From Hydrurus foetidus (taxonomy: Eukaryota): DNA of 54,950 nt. A program made the translations under genes and the position numbers. This document shows, piece by piece, positions 36,363 to 48,377 of the stretch. The stretch covers positions 1 through 54,950 of the forward strand of contig UYFQ01000324.1 of the NCBI GenBank assembly GCA_900617105.1. The letters run 5' to 3'. The stretch's first letter is position 1; every line of letters starts with the position of its first letter. The notes under the pieces are model-generated. The model was not told the origin of the DNA and ran no database searches. It saw only the letters and a list, made by a program, of their open reading frames with translations.

Positions 36363-36909
36363 TAAAAGCGGTGTCAGAAATATGAATCGGTGTCAAATAA
36401 TAGAACCGACTCACGGTAGGTCCAAGTACTCCATGAGTAAGACCCAAAAAGCGCTTCTGACAATTGCGCTTCACTAACAAAATGCTGCTACATCCATTTC
36501 TAAAATCAAAAAAATTCTAAACGAAACTTTTTGTGCTCATGTTGAAAAATTAGACTAATTGGAGCGTTTTCATTAAATCAGGAATGGTCGAATTAGTGTG
36601 GAACCGAGAGGATTTGGCTTAAAAATTATCACTTCTCGAGTTGTTGCGGTTATAGTGACAATTCAGGAAAACCTGATTTTGTGAAAGCATGCAGAGTTCA
36701 CTGCTACCTGGCAACTCGAAATGGTCAGAAGACCGTCTTTAATGAAAACGCTCTTTCAACTATCTGTGAGGAATAAATGGATATTCCGTGAGTAAAGCAT
36801 TTATTGAGTCTTACTCATGGAGTACTTGGACCACCGTGAGTCGATTTTATTATTTGACACCGATTCATATTTCTGACACCGCTGGGAACGGTCTCAGATA
36901 TATCCAACA

Positions 36910-37694
36910 TTAGAGTGGTGGAGCAACTTGGAATTCCGGATCCAGGTTTTGAAAAATTCCGGATTACTTTTCATGATCGGATCCGTGGTGGAGCACGTGA
37001 ATTCTGGAATTTCGGATCCACAAATTTGAACCGTTACACCCTGAAAACGAAGTTTTTCATTGCACTTCATGTAACTAATCTTCCACTTATACAACATCCA
37101 TTAAAGTCTTGCACACATACAACAATGGTGATCCTAAAGCGAAACTGTAAGGATGTTGACATCAACGTCAGGCATAGCGTCTCGCTCACTGGAAACGATC
37201 GACATAAGATGCGTTTCCTGAAGGGAATCCTGACAAATCTACTGGCTTTACATCAAGAATTCGTTGCAAACGATGATCACATGAGCGCCAGAATGGTATT
37301 ACGCTATGCTCGGATTATTTTTGCTGGGTACAACTCTATTTCTACCGTCGAAATCGATCATCCCATCAATTATGTGGGTGATAGACTACGTTTTGACGTC
37401 CTTGCTATCGGTATGATAGCGACTACCTACCGCTTCAAGAGCGTCAGTCAATTGAGAGAGTTGAAGGACGGTTTACAAATTCCAGATCGTATGGTGAATC
37501 CACTTGATAGGTCGGTTTATGATGGTGAAGAGTTGCTTTTATTAGTGCTGGAACGTTGCGCTTTGGGTACTAGGCTAATTGATCTGCAGAACAAATATCA
37601 TAGAAATCATTCAGCGATTGGAAAGGCAATCAATTTTTTCTGTTCTTGGCTGCAGCAACGTTGGGGCTATTTGATTCATGATCAAATAGCCCCA
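36910..37694 (+). pseudogene. Left end and truncated transposase N-terminus of a Harbinger/ISL2EU-like element
   Basis: TTA followed by repeated GTGGTGGAGCA and GGAATTYCGGATCC motifs. The ORF from 37125 has YRF...L.IP...DGEELLLLVLER...RLIDL, as in HTH regions preceding DDE_Tnp_4 domains. It breaks at 37695 into Copia sequence. Confidence 0.65.
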
Positions 37695-38058
37695 ACGTTT
37701 GGGTGGCATGTCAATGCCTCGGCAGTCGAATTATGTTGGAGAACCTTTTGATTCCTGACTCTACTCAGAAGGAACGTGGACCTGCGGAACACTGGCTCAG
37801 TTACCAAGACTCGTGAAATGGGATGATGGTATCGATAATCACTTGTTAATTCGACTGTGCTTCATCTCCGCTGAAAGCTCCAGTCACTTTCAGTGCCATT
37901 ACAAATTGAAACCTTACACTACGCTTGAAGTACGGTGACTTTTCAGGTCCATACATCTTCATACCGCACACGCACACACACACACACAAATTAATCCGTA
38001 CGCCGCTGTACGGATACATAAGTACACATAATGCGTTCGCGTCATGAACTCAGATATA
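37695..38058 (-). repeat. Duplicated Copia gag start, leader and LTR copy 3 (LTR completed at 48232-48238)
   Basis: Matches 33812 onward (ACGTTTGGGTGGCATG...GAATTA TGTTGGAG...). Interrupted at a TA by the pogo element and resumes as TATCCAACA at 48230. Confidence 0.93.
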
Positions 38059-39450
38059 CCGTCGCCGACCCTATTATTTAGTACGGTTGAGTCTATATCT
38101 GGGAATTAGGACTTCTTTTTGTCCGGCAGTGAGTAGACTCCCCGAAACACAACTTCGCAATCACAATACCACAACTTCATCAGTTCTCCACCTCATCAAC
38201 TTCTGAGTAGTGCGAACTGACTGACTTGGTGTGTTTGTTGCTGACCAATTTCGTCATAGGGATTGGAGGAAATCTGCTGTTGGAATTCGGATCACAAGAA
38301 GTTATCTTTTTCGACAGCGATTAGGTGACGAGACCAGTCCTTTGACTCCTGCGAATTTGATTGTCCTTTTAGCACCGGTTTATGTTCAGATACGTATTTT
38401 AGTTTTCAAATCCGTCGAGAGAGTCCAAATTGGAGCTCTCCTTCAATTCGAATCCTGTATTGACCAGATCGTCTTGAAATTCAGGCTATGATCCAAATTC
38501 ACAGCTTCAGGTGCGAGGCAACCGGACTTTTTGCCTTAGACAGAGGGATAAAAGTCAAGAAAGGATCTGTATGCAGATTGATGCGGAATGCAGACAATCT
38601 GCATGGTGAAATGAGCTCTTTCTGCTTAACTCTTGATTTCTAAACTTTTGCCTACCATGTACTTGAGCCCGGACATAAATTGCTTTATTTTTTAATCCTT
38701 ATTGAAACTGACTAATTGAGACCATTTGCGGCACAAGGCGAAGCGCTGGCATTTTTTTTTTACGCTGTCTATTCTACGATCGTGGCGTAATGTACCATCA
38801 CCATACTGCGAATATATGATCAACTTACTGATGAAAATATTCCCATCAACATGTCACTACAGATCCACACATCTTTGATGCTTAAAATATATCATTGTAT
38901 GGCCGTCCATGAACTCACTTGATTGATGACTATTCAACTGTGAGCTACCCTATCGGATTCGCCCTCATTTTACCGACTATCTGACAAGCTATGTAAATGT
39001 GTACAATACCCTTGCAGATGCGAATTGCGTTCAAGTACGTGCACTGGACAGTGTTGGCGGATGTAATACAAGAGCTTACGATCCTGGTGAGCACATCGGG
39101 CATTTAAAAAGGGAATGGTCAGCTAAATTAGCTCCCATATTAGATCACTTAATATGCAGAGGCATGTTAGACTCTGTACGTTTTGACTGTTTCCTAAGTG
39201 AGGGTGACACCAACCACACCAAAAAAGGATACATTCTTAATATCGTAATTATGTGTTGGGATATTACAGCACTATCCGAAAAATTAGAAAATCTTCTAGC
39301 GATCAGTGAGTTATAAAATGTTATTTGTATTTAAACATCTTCTATAGTCATAAGTGTGACAAATGCAAAATTTCTGAATTCAAAAAATTAATTAATTAAT
39401 TAATTATACAATCCAATCGTTCTATTTATTTCTAAGATATGTGCAATATA

Positions 39451-42078
39451 TTATAAGTTTGAAATAAAGTTCATAGCATCCGTCAATTCGTGATCGTAGT
39501 CCAACATGGCGCTGTCGTACTCTAACATGAAATTTATTGGTGAAATGAATAGTTGTGTCTTGTTAAGAATTATATCAGGGTTTGAAGTGTTGGGGGTATT
39601 CGATGGAAATGATGTCCCTGTAGGGGTAACCTTCATTGTACCACATATTTTGTGTTTACTATACTCAACAAACTTTGGATTTAACAAGTCACTCTCATCA
39701 TATGGAACACAGCCAGTGCTAACAAATGAACGTTTTACTCCATCTACAAATTTAGGTAACTTAAATCCGTCCGCCATTAGATCGAAAAGGTCGGTAATAC
39801 TTTGCATCATATCTGGTTTCGGAGGTTCGAATACCGGTAATACACGATCCTCAATATTTTTGCTAACTCATCTGCAAACGATTTAGCAAATGACTGAAAA
39901 CACTCTACAATTCTCGACCCCCTTAAGTTTCTAGTATGTGCTTTGAGAGGTCCATTCACAACTAAATCTAAAACTTGCAATACACCTGTCATATTAGGGG
40001 GTAAACAAGCAATTTGTACATCTAATTCGCCTATTACGTCATCAACCATTGAAGTTTTATGACACCCACAATTATCAAACCATATCATCAGTTTACCCAA
40101 TCTCAATTTTAGTGGTTCAATGATTGTTTCTAACCACATGATCATTCTAACTGTATCATTCCACGCCTTATATTGGCTTGTAATAACGTGACCCTTATGT
40201 ATGTTAATTATGTAATAACACTTGTGAATTTCAGTGACGCCTTTTATAGCCAATTCTCTACTCCATAGAATAAGTTCCCAACCATCACTAACACCGTAAC
40301 CATCATCCTTTTTGTGAAGATCTCTTATAACACGCATGCTCGACTGATCTGGCCTCTCTGCTGAACTAACTGAATGCTTTATGATAATAAATAGAGGAAC
40401 AAAGTCACCATTGCCACTTACCGCTACAACGGCTGTTATGCGGAGCTTGGTGTTTGGCACTCCGATGTTCTGTGCGCGGTTCTGATCGGGTGGGCAGTAC
40501 ATATGCTCTGGCCCAATAGCATAGGTGAAAGCAGTTTCATCCATATTTATGACGGTATCTTTTGTATGTCCGAAATCCTTATACATTTGTTGTCCAATAT
40601 TCATTATTCTTCTTACTTCTTCGTCTGTCGGAATAACTTTGTCGTCAGTCGTAATTTTTCTTCTTCTCATATTTGCTCGATTCAAGAATTTTCTGACCCA
40701 TTTCGAACTGAACATGAGACTATTAACTTTGTCTTCATTACACCATCTCTCACTTGCTTGCGTAACTTTTGCCGCCTGTATTATTATTGCATATGTGTAT
40801 ACAACACTCACCAAAACGCGTGGTATGTCTTTTATTAGTCCATCAACCTATGTTCATTTTTATTAGTTGCAGGCAGTATTAGGTACGAGGGTCTATACCG
40901 ACGCTTTGTAACACGAAGTAAGTGCAACAATTCATCATCAACTTATGATACATAAAATGATGTTTGTGTTCAAATGTTCATATAAATTTGACGTTATGTT
41001 TCTTAAATTTGATGAAACTTACATTTGTTTTTTCAAATTCGCATATCATCAATTTGCCCCAGACATCTGCCTCGAACTCAATAGAAATTTTTCTTCCGAC
41101 CTCTTTCTTCACATTATCCCTACTGTTGCTCCATCGAACTATTGATGGTATCTTTAATTCTGAGTAATGTGTATACTTCTTCAATGCTCTTTTAGTAAAA
41201 TTAGCTGTTAAACTGTCATCTTTTTTATACTCGATACCCTCGATCTCAGCCCTAGCTGTCTCAATAACGTCAAAAAGTGTAATTATTTTTTCAATCTCAT
41301 AGCTATGAAATTTAATATATCTCTTAGGAAATTCGGTTAGACCATCTATCACCGAGGGATGGCTTAGGATCTTAGCCATATCTTCTTCATCATCTGACTC
41401 ATCATCAAAAATATTTCTCCGCACTGCATCTAGATTAGACTCGCTTTTTGATATTGATAGCTTTACTGCTGCATTAATGTACACGAAAGGAGATTCGTTT
41501 TTGGTACAGATGTGCGTTGACACAAACTCTCTCACTTGATTACCGTACCTTAAAAGCTGTTTATCACCTAAATCTTCACCTACTTTCCTACGTTTGTTTG
41601 AGTCTGAGCTATCTGATAAATTAAGTAGCCACAAAACTCCGAGAATCTCACTTATTGATACATACTTCGATGTTTCTTGGAATGTTCTATGCAGTAGGAC
41701 GTTCGCTGTCTTTGCAATGTCGGTTACAAAATCGTCTCGTTTTCTGATCAGATTGTTTTCGACTACGGTATAAACTAATTCTGAACCTCGTGTTCGAGGA
41801 GATATATCCATAAATTCCTTTGTTTTGAACTGATCTGCATGAGCACTCATAAAAACGATTTTATGTCCAAGCCGCTCAATTGGCTTCTTAAATATTGCCA
41901 GCCCCTGATGCAGGGCATCAATATTTACGTGAAAGTTATGATCTTCACAGTGCTCAAATTGCTTGAAATCATGTATAATTGATTCCACGCTATGTTGCTG
42001 ACTAGAACCCTTGTTGGGACGACATTCAATAACTATTGCCACTGTGAAAGCACAGAACTCCAGAGATAAGGAAGCCAT
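39451..42078 (-). CDS. pogo (DDE_1, DD35D) transposase, spliced, with one apparent frameshift
   Basis: Exon ending 41023 splices in frame to 40847. Motifs: FSSKWVRKFLNR (CENP-B-like HTH), INMDETAF, WFDNCGCH, LPPNMTGVLQVLD. A 1-bp frameshift falls in an A-run near 39860. The true 5' end is uncertain because the Gypsy inserted just upstream. Confidence 0.82.
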
Positions 42079-42131
42079 CTACCAATAATTTGAAGGGAAC
42101 CACTTGGTGAGTATTTTTTAATCGATGGAAG

Positions 42132-45100
42132 TGTAGCCTTATTGCATTCCTAAGGGGATACAATGTGTCTAGGTTAACTAGGTACAATAGGTATACTACG
42201 CCCAGATTCCACTTTTAGGTCTTAGTTCTATGTATGATGTGAGTGCACTAGCGTACACATCACTTGTATATATTCAACTGTAAGATATTAACATAAGTCT
42301 TCTCTACCGACTTCCGCTTCCTCTTGCTCCACCGCTTGCCCACCGTACCAGCCACCAACAGCTCCGACGTCCTAGGCCCCACCGTCGACCACAATATCGA
42401 TATTTGGTCTCCTACCAAAGTTTTTTCTTGAGAATTTTCTTCTCAAACTTATTTTATTCGTCTTCATTCTCCGACATCCGACATATTATGGCGCTCCGAC
42501 GTCAGGGAAACAAGACCACCTCCATCAACACTTTGCGACGACAACAGCAGCCACCTCGAGCTGTTGCCGTCGCGTTCCGACAACGCTACGACGAGCATCA
42601 TAATCGTGGGGGAGATATTTTCGAGTCTCCTGGGCCACCTGCGGCTCAGGACCCCGCCGGCGACCTGTCTGCACCGATTCCTCAGCGGAATTCGGAGCCT
42701 GCGGTCATGTCTGCCATTGATGTCCCTGTCATTTCTGCGTTGAATGCTTTATCATTGCAACCAGCTTCGGCTGAGACACCAGCTTCGGCTGAGATACCAG
42801 CTTCGGCTGAGATACCAGATTCGTCTGCGACACCAGCCTCGGCTGAGATTCCACGTTCGATGGCACCACCTCAGCACTATGTGCAGACGGGTGAGAGAGC
42901 TCCTAAGTTGAGCGCCATGCCCTCTCGACAGGAAGTCTTACGAGTTACGGAGGTTCTACTTTCAAATGGAACTCCGTTTCGACCAATTGATGTCGTTCAT
43001 GCTTCAAACCATCAATCGTTCACAACGCTTCTCAAGCGTAAATTCGCGACGAATCCAACTCGTCGTGATGCGTGTAACGGTTGGAAGCATTGGACGAATC
43101 AAATGTTTTGTAGAGAATTAAATATCACAATTCCTACATCAGCTGTCAATCGTACTGACAAGCTGAGTTTCATTGAAACAGTTTCTCAGGTCCCACTTCA
43201 ATTCGACCTGAAGAACAAATCAGTTGAAGATAAGACAGATCAACTTTTAGCTGATATTGTTGATGCCTTCCCTGATGTGACACCTGCTCTCCAACTTCAG
43301 GCAACAAAAATTCTCATTGAGAAGTTGCCAGTCGAACCTGTCAATTGGAGAGCAGTGTTACAACGTTGTCTTGACGACACTACGCCTAGACTCATCACGA
43401 TCGAAGATTTTCGATTCGTATGGCTGGCGCAGTTAGCAAAACTTCGTGAATCAATTGATGCTTTGCGTTTCATTGATGTCACACCTTTGTATGGCAGTAA
43501 CTCTCGCCAGATCAAAGCCCAACCTCGTTCTTCACTTGATTCGCAAATCAAAAAGCGTCAACGTGAAGACGAGCAATCTGTGCAGGCTGAAAAGTCTGAT
43601 AGGCCTCCACGACCTATGTGCACAGGTTGTGGGAGACTCGGCCATGTAGTCGCCACGTGTTTCTACACTTCGTCTCCGTACTATAACAGTACAGACGCTC
43701 CCTATCTCAACTCTGAGGGTCATAAGCAGTTGTTGAAAGTTGATCCGAAGGCTCAGTTCATTCCGACTTTGCCTAAGACAACCTCTTCTTCGTCTTCTTC
43801 CTCCTCCTCTTCTTCGTCAAGGTCTGCTACTTCAACAGCAGATTCGACACATCCTTCGAAGAAACACAAAGGTGAGCAACTATGCAATCTCAACTCATCA
43901 TCTACTCTCTCCGATGATCCAGAGCTGATCCCTTTCTACATCTCTCCTCTTTCACAGGAGCCGTTGTTGGGAAAAAGTGATAGAGTATTTACTCTTCTGG
44001 ACACCGGCTCTTTTGCTGGCAATTTTGTCAATCGCCGCATTATAATTTCTCATAAACTAACACAATTTATAACTAAAACTAATAATAAATTGTGTAGAGT
44101 TTGTAGTGGATTAGATAATCATTGTTATGATATCTCTGATACTATAGACTTAACTTTATCTTCTTTTTGCCATGATTTAAATAATTACTATACTTTTCCA
44201 ATCACGGCTTATATTTTAGAAGATTCTAAATTTGATCTAGTAGTGGGACGTAAAACAATTCGTCAATTGAATTTGTTTTCACGATTCCCGGATCAAATAT
44301 CCGCCAATGCTTCATCAGGCACTGTTCCGTTGGAAGAAGTTTTAACTTCTGAAGATGTGGACGTAACGTGTGGCTGCTTGCCTAAGGAGAATTTGCAACC
44401 CTCCGAAGGCTCCCCAAAAGTGGATCCTTTAACCCAAAAGGTGAAACCGGCAGTCACCCAAACACACGTTATTCTAGCCTCGCTGATTCAAGAGTCAGAA
44501 AGACTCTTTGGAGCAGTACCACCTGATGAAGACGAAATCGACGACTCGATCAAGGACTCGTTTTCACCTTGGATGGATGAATTTCCTGCTTCAGATCCAC
44601 TCTCGCTAATACACATAGCAGGTGATGAAGAGCAGAAAAACAAATTACGTATACTAGTACACGAATTTGAGGATATATTTAGCAGTGAACTATCACAAAC
44701 TCCTGCTGATATTCCACCTTTTGACTTTAATGTCAATGATACTAAATGGAAAGTACCTAAGAATAGGCAACCTCCATGGACAAAATCAAATGTTGATCAA
44801 GCTGACATCTTAAGTCAAATAACAAAGCTTGAAAAACATAAAATTGTCGAAAAATCAAACGCGGCATATTATAGCCAAGTTTTGTTAGTTCCTAAATCAG
44901 ATGGAACTAAGCGTATGTGTATAGATTTTCGGAACTTAAATAACTGTACCGAAGATACATCACATCCTATTCCACACATCGGTGAGATGTTGCGTCGAAT
45001 AGGTGCACATGGAGCAAAAGTATTTGCTGTACTTGACCTTACTCAAGGATATCATCAAGCACCACTTACGCTCGCTGCACGCGCTTATACTGCATTCATA

Positions 45101-47854
45101 CTATTCTGCGGTGTATATCAATTTACTCGTTTACCTTTTGGGCCTAAACAAGCTCCCTCCTACTTCCAACAGATCATGACGACTGTTGTGTTAGCAGGGT
45201 TGATATACTCCATATGCGAAATGTATATTGATGATTGCAATGTATTCGGTAAAGACATTGATGAACTCATTGCGAGACTTCGTCTTGTTTTTGAACGCTT
45301 TAGAAAACACAAAATATTCCTTAAACCGAATAAGTGTTATCTTGGCTACGCCGAAATAGACTATGTTGGCAAAGTTCTTTCTGCTGAAGGACTAAGAATG
45401 TCACAAGAAAAAATACGGAATGTCTTAGATTTTCCTAAACCAGTACTATCTAAACAACTTAAAAGTTTTTAGGATTGGTTAATTATTTTCACGATTTTGT
45501 TAGAAACGCTTCAACTGTTGTATATCCAATGAACCAGTTGTTGCTTAACTACAATAAATATAAGAAAATAACATGGACAATAGAAGCTCTTCGAGCATTC
45601 AATTTGATCAAATCTGAGATTTCTAAATGCACGACTATGCACTTTCTAAGTGACACCGATCCGATTTACTTGCACACTGATGCATCGGACTATGGTGTAG
45701 GTGCCTATCTTTTCCAGTTAGTTGACGGAAAGGAGACGCCCATAGCATTTGTTAGTAAGTCACTCAACAAAGCTCAGCTTCGTTGGGCTGTCATACAGAA
45801 AGAAGCATATGCTATCTTTTATGCGTGCACGTATTTAAAATCGCTATTACGTGATCGTACGTTTACATTACGTACAGACCATCGTAACTTGTTATACATA
45901 AAGGAAAATTCAAATCCAATGATAGTCAGATGGTTTATGGCCTTATCTGAATATTCATTTAACATTGAATATATTCCTGGACCTAACAATAACATAGCTG
46001 ATTCGATGTCTCGACTCTGTCGCAATAACATGGTTGATTTTCCTCAGGAATATACTCCTGATGCAATCATGTCTGCTAATACTATTGAAAAATTTAAACT
46101 AACACGTGAGCAGTATGACAAAATCAGTGAACTGCATAATTCACAAGTTGGTCATTTCGGCCTCGAGCGTACTATAAAACGTCTCAGAGATAGAAATGAA
46201 AATTGGCAATATATGCGACAGCATGTCAGGTACTTCATAGATCACTGTTCGTGTTGTCAGAAGATGAGTATGTTAAAGATACCAATACATGCTCATGGCT
46301 TCTCGACTTCTACTTACACACCTATGGAATGCCTAAACATAGACTTCATAGGACCGTTTCCAGACGGCGGGTACGTACTCGTAATTATCGATACGTTCAC
46401 AAGATGGGTTGAACTGTTTCACACAGAAGATGCTACTGCACTTTCAACAGCTAAATGCCTCTTGCAACATTTCGGTCGTTTCGGCGCACCTCTTCAACTC
46501 CGTTCTGATAATGGGCCACACTTCATTTCCGAAGTAATCAAAGAGTTTCTAACTCTGATTGGCACTCAACATTGTCTTACTTTAGCATACTCTAAAGAAG
46601 AAAATGCTATTGTTGAGCGCATGAATAAAGAAGTTAATAGACATCTTCGTGCATTAACTTATGATAATGTCACATTAGAAGACTATAAAACATCACTTCC
46701 ATTTGTGCAAAGAATTATAAATTCTAATCACAGTGATCGTTTGAAGATATCAGCTTCACAACTTCTTTTCGGAAATGTACTTAAACTCGACAGAGGTATC
46801 TTTTACCTCCTGCTGAGCGAAACGTTACTGATGACAAACCTTTGTCAAAACGATTAAGCAATCTAATCAAAACACAAGATAGTCTTCTGAAAGCTTCTGC
46901 TAAAGAACTTCTTCGTACAGATTTGCTGCATCAAAGTCAGTCTCAAGTTTCTCAACATGTAGAGTATCCGAAGGACTCATATGTTCTTGTGCACTATCGC
47001 GATGGCTCTCCTCCTTCACGCCTTCATACGCATTGGAGAGGTCCATTAAAAGTCGTTAGTGGCGAAAATTCGCGTTACACACTATATGATTTAGTCACTC
47101 AGAAAACTTCAGAGTTTCATGTATCTGCAATGAAACCGTTTCTATTTGACCCTTCAATCACAAATCCGTTGGATGTTGCACGACGTGATCACATGGAATA
47201 CTTTGTTGAAGAGATTCTGGATCATCGTGGCAAACACCAACGTACCCACATAGAGTTTTTAGTCAAATGGTTAAATTACCCTTCTGACAAAAACACTTGG
47301 GAACCTTACTCAAGTCTTCGTGATGTTGATAAACTTCATGATTATTTACGTCATAATAACATGACTAAATTAATCAATAAACAACATCGATGACTTAATA
47401 TATTTGAAACTTTATCCATGAGGATTCTCTCCTATTTTTTTTACCTATGGGTCTTTTTTTGGAGAGTTTAGTCAGTAAAAGTCTGACATAATCGTTTCAC
47501 TTATATCTCATTTATATATATGTTTTACATATCTTCTTTTTTTCTTTTTTTTATATATCATCAAAGATCTTCAAAAAAGGAAGAAGGGGTAGTGTAGCCT
47601 TATTGCATTCCTAAGGGGATACAATGTGTCTAGGTTAACTAGGTACAATAGGTATACTACGCCCAGATTCCACTTTTAGGTCTTAGTTCTATGTATGATG
47701 TGAGTGCACTAGCGTACACATCACTTGTATATATTCAACTGTAAGATATTAACATAAGTCTTCTCTACCGACTTCCGCTTCCTCTTGCTCCACCGCTTGC
47801 CCACCGTACCAGCCACCAACAGCTCCGACGTCCTAGGCCCCACCGTCGACCACA
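42132..47854 (+). mobile_element. Ty3/Gypsy chromovirus LTR retrotransposon (5723 bp)
   Basis: 262-bp LTRs TGTAGCC...CGACCACA at 42132-42393 and 47593-47854, identical by eye; 4-bp TSD GAAG; PPT AAAAAAGGAAGAAGGGG before the 3' LTR. Confidence 0.96.
42488..47393 (+). CDS. Gypsy gag-pol with chromodomain, split by two 1-bp deletions in T runs
   Basis: Knuckle CTGCGRLGHVVATC, protease LLDTGS, RT (RMCIDFR, YIDD), RNase H (TDASDYG, TDHRNL), integrase (HHCC, IDFIGP, SDNG, VERMN), chromodomain (VEEILDH...VKW...TWEP). Frame breaks near 45470 and 46803. Confidence 0.93.
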
Positions 47855-48377
47855 GAAGACAACGAAATGGACTCTCTCACTGGATTCTCCATCTCAATAC
47901 TTATTAAAATGCATGTGTGATGTCAAATGGTAGCCACTGATCTCAGAACACAGGTACAATCTTGGTAATGATAGACAGCTTGAAAACGATGGTCACCTTG
48001 GCAGATAGAGAATATCTTTTTCAGTCCGACGAACTCCAATTTTGTTTCGCTCGTGGCCACACAACTTGATCTGCTCCGTTGAATGCAAGCAGAAATCTGC
48101 AATGAGATGGATTACCGACTGAAATCGATTTGGATAACTTTCAGTTTGTGGGTTGCAAGGAGTGGTTCAGAACTTGGATCGATTTGAGCCTATTTCCAGT
48201 AATTTTTAAAATAATAGGGTCGGCGACGGTATCCAACACTGACTTTTACCTTTTACTGTACTTTTGTAGACCGAAGCCGGTAAATCGTTCAGCAGCCAGT
48301 ATTGAAGCTGCTGAGAGCAGAAGCAGAAGCCAAGAGCAGCAGGTGGTGGCTACCAACAACATCAGGAACACGAGACC

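Larger units (their letters stand above)
34170..36893. mobile_element. Harbinger/Tourist-type MITE (about 540 bp without its nested insert)
   Basis: Ends GGCCGGTCC / GACCGTTCC (reverse complement) resemble the GGCCGTTCC ends of the Harbinger at 14958. TSD is TCA (the junction also allows CTCAG). ~75-bp inverted repeats at 36367-36442 and 36808-36883, plus an inner pair GAGCGTTTTCATTAAA. Confidence 0.8.
33851..36909 (-). repeat. Copia LTR copy 2 (33851-34169 plus 36897-36909), split by a MITE insertion
   Basis: Near-identical to 28643-28972 apart from one extra CA unit; the LTR sequence resumes after the insertion. Confidence 0.93.
38059..48229. mobile_element. pogo-like DNA transposon (about 4.4 kb without the nested Gypsy)
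   Basis: 21-bp TIRs CCGTCGCCGACCCTATTATTT; TA TSD; removing it restores the LTR end GATATATCCAACA. Confidence 0.93.
28643..48238 (-). mobile_element. Composite Ty1/Copia LTR retrotransposon insertion with three LTRs and nested elements
   Basis: LTR copies TGTTGGA...TCCAACA at 28643-28972, at 33851-36909 (interrupted) and at 37734-48238 (interrupted). The outer flanks TTGAC (28638-28642) and CTGAC (48239-48243) form a 5-bp TSD with one mismatch. Confidence 0.88.

Noticed and set aside
45455..45480. Programmed ribosomal frameshift in Gypsy pol
   Set aside because: The break is inside the conserved RT/connection motif SFLG, not at a gag-pol boundary; a 1-bp homopolymer loss explains it.
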